NCBI GenBank assembly: GCA_000708835.1
Contig: DF237125.1
Span: 96,564-160,563, forward strand
Direction: 5' to 3'
DNA length: 64,000 nt
Source: Klebsormidium nitens
Lineage: Eukaryota; Plantae; Klebsormidiophyceae
This document shows positions 24,068-35,876 of this stretch, in pieces. A program made the position numbers and the translations under genes. The notes under the pieces were generated by a model. It worked only from the letters and a program-made list of their open reading frames with translations, ran no database searches and was not told the origin of the DNA. Within the stretch, counting starts at the first letter, position 1; each line of letters starts with the position of its first letter.

Positions 24068-27000
24068 CTACTGCAACAGGCCTTGCTCACGCAGATTGTC
24101 GCAGAAGCGACGTCCAACTCGGGAGCCCTCCCGCACAAACGCAGCGGGAAAGCCCATCGGCGCTTCTACTTCTACAAAATCCCCTTTCCCCTCCGACAAA
24201 GTCGACTGGTGCCGTTTCCCCGACCAGACGTGCTGCCAAACCTCTCCCCCGGGCAGGTACACTTTGACCCGGGCAGTCCCGGGGTCTAGAACCGGGGCAA
24301 AAAGGATCTGGTCCCCGACCAAGAATTGCTCGTAAGTCAGCCGGTGAACGGTCGGGTCGTGCGGGTAGTGCAGAAACAGATGGCGCACAACGGGCAGGCC
24401 TGTCGAAGCGGCCTCCTGCGATAGAAATGGTGACGATTTCAAAATTGGTTATGGTTCTATGCCAGCGAAGGCATGGATACTGCAGCGGAAAGGTGGGACA
24501 AACTGAGAGACGGCGAAACGAGCTTAAGGCATCCGACTTGACTGGGTTTGTAACAAATCTACGCAGGGTGGGCTTTCCTCGAGCATGTCAATGCTTTGCC
24601 TGAGGACTAGGATAAATCAAACCGGATGATCAAGCACTTCAATCAAGCCTGTAATCCGCTCTTAAAGCACGGACAGCGTGGATAAGCTGTATCACGACCG
24701 CAAGAGGCGCTCGCCCTTTCAAAGAAGATAGGAACTACTGTAGACAACCCACTGCGCAAAGCAGAATCCCTGTCCATAAGAAAGGTATCGCAAACTTACC
24801 TGCATAAGGTCCTGGCGGTAAAAGTCCCACGCGGCGTACACGCGCGCCATCCGCCCAAAGTGCGCGAGCGCGCGCGCGTTGGAGTAGGCCTGCGCGCCGG
24901 CGTGCGGCAAATTGCCCTCGTGCGTGCGGAAGACCGTAGTAAAAGCCGCCAGCTCCATCCACCGCAGCAGAAGTTCCTCGCTCCTAGTTACGCCCAGCGG
25001 CCCGGGGAGGGCTACCGAGCAGTAGCCACCGATATCGCCGTGGTTCAGGCTGAACCCGGACAGACCTGAAATGTTTTTAAGGAGGTTTAAGGTGGGCACG
25101 GGTTCTTGGCGTGTTCATGTTTGAATTCAATATTCAGTGTCAGCTTGGCTCTTATTGTCACTTAACCTCGGAGTGATAAGGGTGAGATTTGCACTTTCTA
25201 GCGTGTTTGAGGGCCTTCATTTGGAGAAGCAAGGGCAGTCTGGCTGAGCAGCAAAGAGGCTTGTTCGAAAAGCGATTAGCGCGGGGGCAGCTGAGCAACG
25301 CGTGCACGATCTTTTCTTAGCAAACTCTTCCACAAATGTCACCGTAACAATCACAGCGCTCGCTTTTAAAACTGCAACAAGTTCGCTTAGATTTTTCAGG
25401 TTCCCCTCTTCAAAAGTCAAAGGGTCGAGCTTGCAAGCATCGAGCGAAAGTGGAAGTACCAGCTAATGGACAAATGAACTCCAAAAAAGCACTGCTGCTT
25501 TCTCTCACCTCCGGAGAGCAGTCCCGTGACGGCGCTCTTGATGCCGTCGTGTCGCTGCCAGCTGGTCATCTGGTCCCCCAGCCAAAACAGGGACGCCGCG
25601 CCCGGGCTGCCCCGGTACCCCGCGCGCATGAAAAAGACCGGCCGCGCAGCGTCTAGTTCCTCGTTGTCTCGCTCCAATGCGTCCGCGTCTAGTTCTCCGT
25701 CTGTTGCTGGCAAAGGACTCTCAGTCTCGGTTTCAAAGCCTTCTTCGTCTGCTACTAATTCTCCGTCTGATTCCGACAAACGACTCTCCTTCTCGATATG
25801 TTTTGTCGAAGTAATTCCTACCCGAACATCGTTCACCGACTCCAGCAGACCCGCCTCAGAACTTTGACTGGACTGCGCGACAAAAGCAGGAACCTGCGGG
25901 CTTTCTGCCTCAAACACGTCTTCCAATAAAAACGGCTCGACGGTCTCTTCCGCATCCGGCGTATCGAGCAAAGCAAACGCGCCGGGGCTTTGGGAGGGCG
26001 ACCAATCAGCACCTCCCTCCTCGAGCTGGTCGCCGCAGTCGTCGCTCGGCAGACTCGCCCAACTACTGCTGCAGCTGGCAGCGCCGCAGAAGGACGACAA
26101 GCTCTGCCGGGGGGATCCCCTCAGAGGCGTCCCGGTTGGTTGCTCCGGGTCGGGAAGGAGGAGCTTCTTCAAGGCAGCGGAATGAGCGGGTGAAAGTGTC
26201 CGGGGGAGTGATAACCGGGCGTAAGAACGCTCGGCCTCGACCTCGTCCGCGACTTCTTGGTTGAGCCGGGCCCACATCTCGGGGTACCTGAAGAGAGAAG
26301 GCCCAAGCAGGTGTCGGAAAACCAGCCGTTACTCCGTTACTCCGCAAACCGAGCTCAGGGGATTCGTCGTACTAATAAAGGCGATGATTAATCCAGAAGA
26401 ACGTGGAGAGGGGCTGTCCGCTCTGCAGTACGAAAAGCAGACGAGCAGAAAGAACGTGGAACTTGGCAAAGAATGACATCCGGTAACGTAAAGTTCAAGG
26501 CGAAGTATGCGAAATCTACTCAATGGAAGCTTTTGGAGGAAACTGCTTGTGACACTGGTCTTAAGGCAGCTTGCTGGAGGGCTGGACAAAGAAAGAGTTC
26601 TTCTGAAGGGAGACCTACGCTACGAGGGCCTTAAGCTACGTTGGTTTGTTCTTTCATGATTGTGCAGATTGAGAAGAGAGATTGGCTGAGCTTTGAGCAG
26701 CTGATAACCTGTTCAAGCGCCAACTATGTCAGGTGTATGTCAGCCGAATGTGGGCAAGCCAGATTTTGAACAAGTAGCGTACCTGTTGTGAACGACGGCG
26801 GGATTTTCGCCTGAGTGAAGGACGGAGTCGAAGGGCAGCGACTCGCCGAAGTCGGCCATCCAGCCGTCGATGCCGAGGCGCACCATCTCCTGCCAAGGGA
26901 GCTTCTCATTGAAAATTATTCGTAACAGAATAGAAGAGCAGAGGAGAAGCAGCCAATTGTGGAATCAATCCAAAGTCAATGCGATCTTTGAATCCAAAAG

Positions 27001-30000
27001 AGGAAATAGCAACTAGGAAAAGGATTGAAGCAACAAACGAATGATGTTTATCATGCGCGTATGAGTAAAGATTGTTCCGCAAGAGTTTGGAAGAGCAGAG
27101 GAGCAACAGCCAATGAATGCGCTCGGAAGTCAATGCAATCTTCACATCGAGAAGAGCGAAAATGCCATTAGAAAGAGGACTGAAGCTACAAAAAAACTTG
27201 TTCATCACAGAGTGTCCTAAATGACTTCAAAACGTCCGCAAATTAGCTGGCTGCCTGCACATTCAACGAATTCCATTTTGAGTATCTCATTTGCGTAGCT
27301 CGTGACTGGAATCCCGACAGCCGTTCATTCAATCAACGCTTGATAACGATGGCAAACCGTCAACGAACCTCGCTAGGCAGGGTGGCCAGTATTAAACCAA
27401 AGGAAACGCTCACCGTTTTCATGACGTCCTTGAGCCAGTGCCTGGCGTCAGCGTTCGTCAGGTCGAGCAGGCCGGCGCTGAAGCTGGTGTTCTCCACCAT
27501 ATACGGCCCGCCTCCGCGCGCGCGCACCAGGAGGCCCCGGGCAGACGCCTCCTGGAACAAGTCCCGCCCGTAGTGTGCCGCCTGCGGACCGCCCACCTGA
27601 GGAAGATCAATCGGGGTTACCACGCGGAAAGCCGGATCTTCAAATTGGCAGAGCACGTGTGAGCTATATCCCGCATTGGCTGAAGTTTACGGACTGCTTC
27701 CAGTCGGCCTCAGATTAGGTCCCACAACAATCGAACTGTACCGGCTACGAGTACCGGGCACTTTTAATAATATCGGCGGTCGAAACTTGATTTGAGGTGA
27801 ACGATGCAAGATCGGACGGAAGCGGGATACAGATGGATGTTTTTGCAATCGGGCGTTCCGCGTGTACTTCCAAGCCGTAGATTAAGGTTACGGTCATATT
27901 CGAGCGGTGGATCGAGTCTAGGTCAGTTTCGAGCCTTAGATCAAGTTTGTGTCAGTTTGACGCTGTAAATAAAGGTTGGGACGCTTGTAATTCGGTGCGA
28001 CGAAGTGAGCATTTCCTCTAGAAAACTGAGTCTTTCTTCGCAATTTTCTTTGTTGAACAATGGCTGACTTTGAAGGCTTGGTTCCAAGTTGCGGACTGCC
28101 ACAATCTTTAACGGGGGATTGGTGGCTTCCTTCCCTTCGTATCTGCATCTGAGCACCAGAACCTCAAGCTAAACAACAACCTCAAGCTACCCACACCAGT
28201 CTGCAGATGCTCGAACTTGCCGCCCCCTTCAAGCCGCTCACCTTCGCCAAGAATGGATTAACGTAGCCCATGACACGCGCCCCCCCCGCCCGGATCTCGT
28301 CCACGAGCGCCTCCCAATCGGGGTAATGCTCCCGGTCTAGTTGCCAGTTCCACCAGAGCTGCCACCCGATCGCCGTGCGCCGCTGGCCGACCCAGTCCTG
28401 CAGCCAGACGCCCGCCAACGGGACTCTGTGCGCGCGCAGCTGTGCCAAGATCTCGCGCACGCGCGCGGTGCCGCCCTGGAGACAGACGGGCTGGTTCAGA
28501 AAAGTGGCGACAACAAGGATATCTTGCCAGGATTGCAAGAAGCGTCGTTTAGAAGGCAGACGTGCCGCCCTGAAGACCCCAGGCGGGCGGCTGTTACAGC
28601 ATTAGACATCTCAAGAAATGTTTTTTCCGAACTTAGACCCAAATACTATACATAAAATGAAAAGTTTTGAAGATAAACGACAAGATGGACTAAGGCGGTA
28701 GAATTTGAAAATCATCAGTAGAGCGTGGACGATTTTGTGTTCAAAATCTCCTGCGAAGAATGTCAGTGGGCTTGAAAAGGAGTGAGCATTCGCTATCTCT
28801 CTCCACCCGCGAGTCTGGATGACAATACGGACTTCACTATTAAAATAGGCCGCAAGAAGGAGCTGCAAAAAGCTGAGTACCCTCTTACCTGCAGGCCCAG
28901 AACAGCGCCTCGCGTAAGCCAGCGGGGCAGGGGGCGCATCCGCCCGATGGCCGCCGTGTAGCGCTCGATGAGCTGCGCGGGGGTGGTGCCGTGGAGAATG
29001 CGACCATGCACGGACGAGGCGTGCACCTGCAAGAAGAGCGAAAATTCATGTCTAGCTATACCTTTTAATGACGCAGGCTGTGTGCGTGTCGTTGAAAGCA
29101 TCATCCTAAGCACAGGCAGATTCCAAACAGCGGCTGAGCGAAGACACGAGATGGAAAGAGTTGGAACGGACAGACCATCTTGGCAGGATTTCTCGTGTCA
29201 CGGGGAAGAGAGCAGTACTCAAGTCGCAATCGAAAAAATTGACGCTATTAGGGACCTGCGCTTTTCAAAAGCGGCTCACCCGAATCTGGACAGCGTGCGG
29301 CTCGGTCAGATCGAAGAGCGCATACTCGTACGACTCAAGGTAGAGGCTGCGCATGCGGCTGGTGATGTAGTGAGGGACGGCGGCATAGCTGCTCGTGTCG
29401 GACCCCCCCGAACCGGGAGAGGCCAAGTTGGCCAAGAACGTGATGGGCTGGTCGCCACGCCCAATGCCCTGAAAGTGGGGAGGCGATTCCAGGTTCAGAT
29501 TCGTCGAATTAGTGAGGGCTTGATTGGATCTTCGCCTTTTGTGACCTTTATTGAGGTGAATCGAGAACAAATCGAGTGAGAGTCACGCGGATATGGCATA
29601 GAGAGCAGACACATGCAGCAGCAGGATAGAGCAAATCAAGCCACAAGCGCTCTTGCGAAAGTGTCCGTTGGATCTGATGCACAGAACCAGCAGTTATAGT
29701 CACCAGCAGACTTGCAGTAAGAACGATCGTTGTGATAGAAGATGTAATTGAGCGATAGGCCAGTATGGGTTTGCTAAGACCCAAACAACGAGTAGATTGT
29801 GACTGGGGCGAATTACCTGTTCTTGCACGAGAATGGGCACCTTCTTGCCCTTGAGATCGAAGTGCGAGAATTGCTCCCCGAACCCAAAGAAGCGCTCCTC
29901 AGGATCAGACGTGTACGTCAGCTGCACCCTGCACGGTCATAGAGGGGGGGCTCCCTTAAGGTCATGTGGCATGGCATCAGCCGACAACTTTATACTCACT

Positions 30001-31527
30001 CGTACATGCAGGAATAAAGATGAAAGTGTTCTACAGACAGCTGATAAGGAGCCAAAATTGAAACCGCCAACTCCGATGCAACAAGCATTTTTGGCCTTTC
30101 CTTACCTGTTAATTGCCAGTGGCAGCCGCCTCCCCCCCTCACACCCCCTGACCCTTACTTGCCTGCTCTCATCGACCCCCTCGTCAGTAGCAGAGGTTGC
30201 CAGAGACCACCACTTTGCACTGAGCGCATCTGAGGCCCCGCTGGCAGCCGACCATTGGCTGTAACTAGACGCAAGATCTCCAGTGCTAGGCTCAGACCGA
30301 CTAAGCATCGAAAGTGCAGGAATCTCTCCATCGCTCTCCTGTTGCAGCGCGGAGCTTTCATCGCTCGATTCAGGAACGGTGACGTCACAAGCCTCGTCTT
30401 GAATCCCCCCTGAGTTGAGCTGACTTCCGGCCAGCCAATCAGCCACATACTCAGCCTTTCTGAGCTGCCCCAAAAGTGCATCGTCCTCGCCAACAAGGCC
30501 TTCCGGCGCATGTTCCGAAGCAGTGCTTGGAGAACTAGAGAGGGGCGGAGCAGTGAAGGTGGCGGCCCCGACGGAGACTTCAAAGCCAAGGTGGTGTGCG
30601 CGCTTCTCGGAGAAGGTGAGGCGGTATGGGACGCGGATGACGCAGCCCCCAGTGCAGGTTGTGCGCAAAGGAGTGTCGCCATGCAGACCTGCTGTACCTG
30701 AACAGGGATCGTCAAGTCAGGAGACGCTAGGGTTGGCAGCACCTTCTGGAGCGAAGAATAGGACAATGATGGAAAGGAGAGGGCCCACTAGCATTCAAGT
30801 TTCTGCCAGCCAGGATGCAATGAACAAGAAGCCTAGATGCAATAAGTATGGAGAAGCTGCTCGTCTTTGGTTTGACGTGAGGCATTTGAAGCTCCTCGTC
30901 GGTCACAAGCTTCTTCTCATGCTTGTTTAAGACCTGCCTGCTCCTTGCGTCAGACTTTTAACCACACATTGTCAATCGGCGAGTGAAAGAATTCAAAACC
31001 CCTGGTCATTCCCTACACTTTGGGGCGCCTCACCTGTAGGTGCTGCCTTCACAGACTGCGCTGCACACTGCGGCTCTGAAAAGAGCGTCCCGGACACAAC
31101 GACACCGCGGCGGTCCCCCCTGCCAGCCGCATAGATCCGCTCCACAGTCTGGTTTCCACACCCATAGATGATCCGATCAGCTACGTTGATGCTGCCCCTC
31201 TTGTCGCGGATTCTCTCCTCCCCAGCTGCAGCAGAGAGGAAGCACTCTCCCGGAATGGTGCTCCACAGAACGCGGTCTGGTTCTTCGACGTGAGTTACGG
31301 ACAGACTACCGCCAGTGTTAGAGTCCCAGTGAACAAGAAAACCAGCCCCGACAGGCAGAGTGACAGAGGGGACCGCAGGAGAGAACGACAGAGGGCGCTT
31401 GACAGGAGCACGACATTTGAGTTGCTTGCGATGGAAGGGCCATAGGGGAGGAATGGGCATAAATGCGCTGGCGTGCAGTTTGGGGATGGTTTGCACCGCT
31501 CCTCGCGTCTTCTGCTGCAACCTTAAC
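24068..31527 (-). CDS. Glycoside hydrolase family 31 enzyme of the YihQ/sulfoquinovosidase-like branch (plant-type homologue)
   Basis: Exons (minus): 5' end uncertain (in-frame ATG at 31460, or an acceptor at 31527 with a small upstream exon)-31034, 30688-30105, 29928-29817, 29468-29280, 29026-28889, 28475-28242, 27596-27414, 26889-26783, 26287-25509, 25065-24800 and 24415-24068, all phase-consistent. Motifs: FFGFGEQFSHFDLKG, QEQGIGRGDQP, WLQDWVG, GYVNPFL, GWMADFGE (nucleophile Asp codon 26851-26853), VFFMRAG, FWLGDQ (acid/base Asp 25573-25575), HGDIGGY, ELLLRWMELAAFTTVFRTHEGN, QFLVGDQILFAPV. Confidence 0.92.
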
Positions 31528-32389
31528 CTAAGGGAAGCTCTTGCACTATTGCAAAGATAGCCGATCTGACGTCACACCTTTCTTCGAGTGCTTGGTAAAA
31601 GAAGACCGTATATATACCGCTTCAAAATGCTTGAGAAAGGGAGAGCGCAGGCGAGTGATGAGGATGATGGCTAGAGTCTTCCACCATTTTGGATGCTGAA
31701 TGCAGGACGTGGATAGCTCTAAATTGCATCGAGTAACGTCGGGCGTTGATTCTTGAAGACTAGCAAAGCCACTGCAGATAAACCTTCATCCTTGGAAGTT
31801 AAAGCTCAGTATATGAGGCAGCAAGAAAGCCATCGGCAAGAACTACCACCAATTGAGCACCAACCCGTTGCTTGGTCCTAGTCAGGTGGTCTCCCTTGGT
31901 CGGCCAGATACCTGTCACCCTGCCCTCCTGGCCCCACCTCAAAGGGCCATTTCCTAGAGTACCATGCAAGTGCACCCCCTTGTTGCCTTCCTGTGCCCCG
32001 CCCTTGAGGCCCGAAGTGCGTGTACCTTGGCAGAACCATCTCGGCGGTGCAGGAGAAGCGCTTGCCAGGGGCGCTGTATCTTCTCCTTGAATTTCTTCCT
32101 TCCAAAATCCAGAACGCGCGGGCCAGGGCGAATGAACCTGCGCGGCTGCGCCGAGCTGTTCGAAATTGTCTTTGACTCGAGTCAGGCGAGGGGGATCCCT
32201 ACGCCACGCTTTTGACACCGTGGCGAGCCCACGTGTTCTCAAAGAGCATGTGCAACTGACAAGTGTCACCAGCTGACGAAAAAGCAAGAGACTTGGACTG
32301 CCGCCGGCAGTGCCGGACTTGCACTGCAAAGGCCTGGGCACCTTCAAAGTTCAAGTTCAACCCTGATTTCTCAGAGACGTGTGGTCGTA

Positions 32390-34082
32390 ATGGCGCCCTC
32401 CAAGCTCCCTGTCATGTACTCCCTGAGCAGACAGTTCGCCTCAAGATATGGCTTCAGCCTGGAAGGGGTAGCTCGCTGTCTGCATAACACCAGTGGGGTG
32501 ACTTCTGGGGATGGCACAGCGGCAGCTGACGATCCACGCGGTAGCAAAAATGGTGCAGAATATGGAGAGCATTGTTGCAGAAAGGATTATCCAAACCAGA
32601 TCGAGAGTGTGTGCATCGCTGCAGCATCGCTGAGTGAGGGCGCCAACTCAAGAGGTGGTAATGGTTTGTTTGAAGAACCACAAATACTGTCACACATTTT
32701 TCAACCCTCTTCTGGCGTCATGCACGTAAGACCTTCTTCTTCGAGTAGTCTTGGCTTGGAACCCTTTCCTGTGTTCCAATTCCGTTCTACTTTGTGCAAC
32801 CATGCGACATCCTCCCTCGGCGTGTTCGCGCGCGGCGTTCGTACGCTAGCGGCCGATATCAAGCCTGGGAATGTGGTGGAGCTCAAAGGGAAGCTGCAAG
32901 AGGTCGTCAAGACTGTCTGGACCATGCAGGTGCGCATTGGAAGCAAGCAATTCGTAACATTCGGGGGTGCTTGCACTTTGAGTGTGCTTGCTAGGGTATT
33001 CACGAAGACGACAGTGGTTCGATCAGTGCCACAAAGTAGCGGGCCCATGGAAATAAGCTTCCGACAAGTTTGTGTAGGAAGAACCACATTAGACTGCTTG
33101 CTACCTTAGCCCACCAGATGCAATGAGCATCCACCCAATCAGTTCCTGTAATGCCATCGGACCCTGTCATGGCTCCCTAAATCCCAATCGCTCCCCCTGG
33201 CCCAGCCCGCTTTTATTGGCTAGCGACATGTTGTATCCTCCTAACACGCCCGCAATTTTCTAGCACGCATCTCCTGAAACACCAATATTTTCATAATCAG
33301 GGCCGCGGAAGCTCCAGCATCCAGGTGGAGCTGCGGGACATCAACAGCGGTAGCAAGAACGTGGACAAGTGGCGGCCCGAGACCGCCCTCGAGCGCGTGA
33401 TTTTGGAGGACCGCGAGTTCACCTTCCTCTACGATGACGGAGCGTCTGCAGTGCTCATGGACCCAAAGACGTTTGACCAGGCCGCGGTGGACAAGGCGCT
33501 GTTCGGAGAGGCGCGCGGCTTCCTTAAGGTGGGCCAACGGCAGGTGTTGACGATCTCAGCTGAGGTTTCAGCGTGCATTCGTTGAGTGCCGTTTTCTGAT
33601 TGGATCGAAAGGGGACATTGTTTGGCCCGATGCCATGTCACTGGCTCCGTCTGTTTGGGATTGTAAAGATCGTGTTCAACAGGTACGGTCCAAAGGGGGT
33701 CCCAAGAATGACATTCGATCCTGCCGCTTGGCCGGAAAGTAGTCTCTTTACTCTTTACTCTTTACTCTTTAAGAGTCTCTTTACTCTTTACCACTCTCTC
33801 TTTGTCACCTTTGGTAACCATAGGCCCGCCTTTCTCTTTACCCAGGACGGTATGCCGGTGAAGGTGGCCTTCCATGGGGAGACCCCCGTCACGGCCACTC
33901 TGCCACCACAAGTGCGGTGTCGCGTGGTGGAAGCGGCACCTGCGTTCAAGACGGAGCGCAAGACGGCGTCGACCAAGATGGTTACGCTGGACACGGGCGT
34001 GCGCATCCAGGTTCCAGGCTTCATTGAGGAGGGCGAGGAGGTGCTGGTCAAGACGGCCGACATTACATTCGTGGCGAGGTGA
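32390..34082 (+). CDS. efp: Organellar (probably mitochondrial-type) translation elongation factor P
   Basis: Exons 32390-32929, 33301-33528 and 33846-34082 (phase 0, GT-AG). After about 155 residues of presequence-like sequence come DIKPGNVVELKGKL...MQ|GRG...IQVELRDINSG...LERVILEDREFTFLY...LMDPKTFDQ...LPPQVRCRVVEA...KMVTLDTGVRIQVPGFIEEGEEVLVKT. Confidence 0.92.
33744..33790 (+). repeat. CTCTTTA heptamer microsatellite in EF-P intron 2
   Basis: Four perfect copies at 33744-33771 and two more at 33777-33790. Confidence 0.9.
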
Positions 34083-34939
34083 GGGGCAGATGCCAGATAC
34101 TTGCCGGAATCCGGACCTTAAGGAGTAGGTAATCTAGGAAGTGGTTCTTGAGGGGAAAGGGGATAGACGGACTCAGGCGCTAGATTTTGCGGTTTTGGAG
34201 TGGGCTTTCTTTCTTGTTCCTTGAGGCGCTCCAGAGTCGGTGCTTGCACTTAACCGACTTTTGGTCCATTGAAAACCTTGTAGCTAAACAGGATGGATAT
34301 CTTCGTGGTTGTCCTGTCGTTTGAACGATGTTGTGCTTTTTTGTGAGGCTCCATAGATTGGCGAGCTGTGCCGAAGCGACGTTGGCTACTTCTTAGCGTA
34401 CTGCGCTAAGGGTCCTGCAACTCATCAAGTTGAAAACATCGGTCACGTCTCAAACGAACTTCGTCATCCACCTTCTTGCGCAGGGCAAAGGGCGAGTGAG
34501 CGTGGCTGTGCAAGCTCACGTGCGCCTCTTGAAATGGATCGAGCATCTGAACTCAAAGCTCCCAAACGCTTGAGACGGACTTCCACCACGATAAGTGCAA
34601 TCGAGGGAAGTGCATAGCGGCCAGGACGCTGCGGAGCATCTCTCAAGCTCAACCAGAAACTGCCATGAAAAGACGCTGCGTGCTAGATTCCTTGACGGGA
34701 GGGATTCTAACCATGCACGATCGTTTTCAGCGTGTTGCATGCGCTCGGACAGGACAGTCACCCCAAGGCCAGCAGCTCAACTTGGACCCGACGTTGAAAA
34801 TCGAAAGGTAGTGAAAAGAATTGTCCGACTGCAGTGGACAGCACGATCAGTAACACGCATTGCCCAGCGCAATCCTGATGACCTGCTAAAGGACTCGTCT
34901 TTTTAAACTAATCTCGGACCGCTCCTGGCCTGTTCTGTA

Positions 34940-35560
34940 GCTCCGACGTCAGGGCTACTATATGTGAGCAAAGCCTCACTCAAGCAAGCCGGCCTGCCAA
35001 CTTATCAATTGTGAGTCATTCATGCCATGGAATTGATTGCAATCATTGAATTGCATTGTAATCGAGGTTCAATTCGCAGCCGCCAGGCCGCCCATTGGCA
35101 GCTAGCTGCACTGCGTAGTATATGACCCTCTTTTGCATTTGAATTACGATTGCCTGGATGAGCTAGCTATACACGGTCCGATCTGAGGGCAGCATATACC
35201 GTACGCAAGAACAAGATTCAATGGATGCACCGTTCGGTCGTTGCAACCGCCAAACTATTGTAGTCACTGTATGCGACCGTCGCATGCCACTGGCCGCCAT
35301 GTCATCTATGCAAGCTTATATAATTTAACTCAAGATCGAACATGGAAGTACGTAGTCATATGATTGATTGATCGAATGCAGCTAGTATGATCGAGATGCA
35401 TGTATGTCTGCTTATAGCTTTCCGACGAGCGACTCTAGCTTTCATGCAAGCGAAATCAAGAAAATTTGTTATTTCTATAACCGTCGCATGATTATATACA
35501 GACGGACGGGTAATTAACTTCATACTACTTCTAATTTGCACACTCAAACTGTGCCAGTGG
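34940..35560. other. Palindrome/CpG-dense intergenic island between the EF-P and CDC27 3' ends
   Basis: 12-bp perfect palindromes TGATTGCAATCA (35034-35045) and GCAGCTAGCTGC (35098-35109), plus many CATG/GATC/AGCT/TGCA words. Confidence 0.7.
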
Positions 35561-35876
35561 AATTGGATCTTGCACCACATTCAAATTCGCAATCGATTCA
35601 ATGATGGTCATGCATACTGCATATCCGACCACTATAATAATCAGCAGATTCTGGCAGTGCCATGCGCGGCCAGAATGATAGCCTGGCCACATATGAAATT
35701 CCTGATTGACAGGACGACATGATCGGGCTTCTTCAATTCCAGAAGTGCACTTCAAAATCTGAGGAACAGTACGGCCTAAGCCGCAAGGACGTTGTTAAAC
35801 GACCAGTGTCTCAACGTAGGCTGGTCAGGCCGGACCTAGGAGACAAACTCGCTCAACGCCCAGGAGGAGAGCATGC

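Noticed and set aside
34553-34642. Minus-strand peptide EMLRSVLAAMHFPRLHLSWWKSVSSVWEL with F-box-like spacing
   Set aside because: Only about 29 codons between stops; too short to separate from chance without a profile search.
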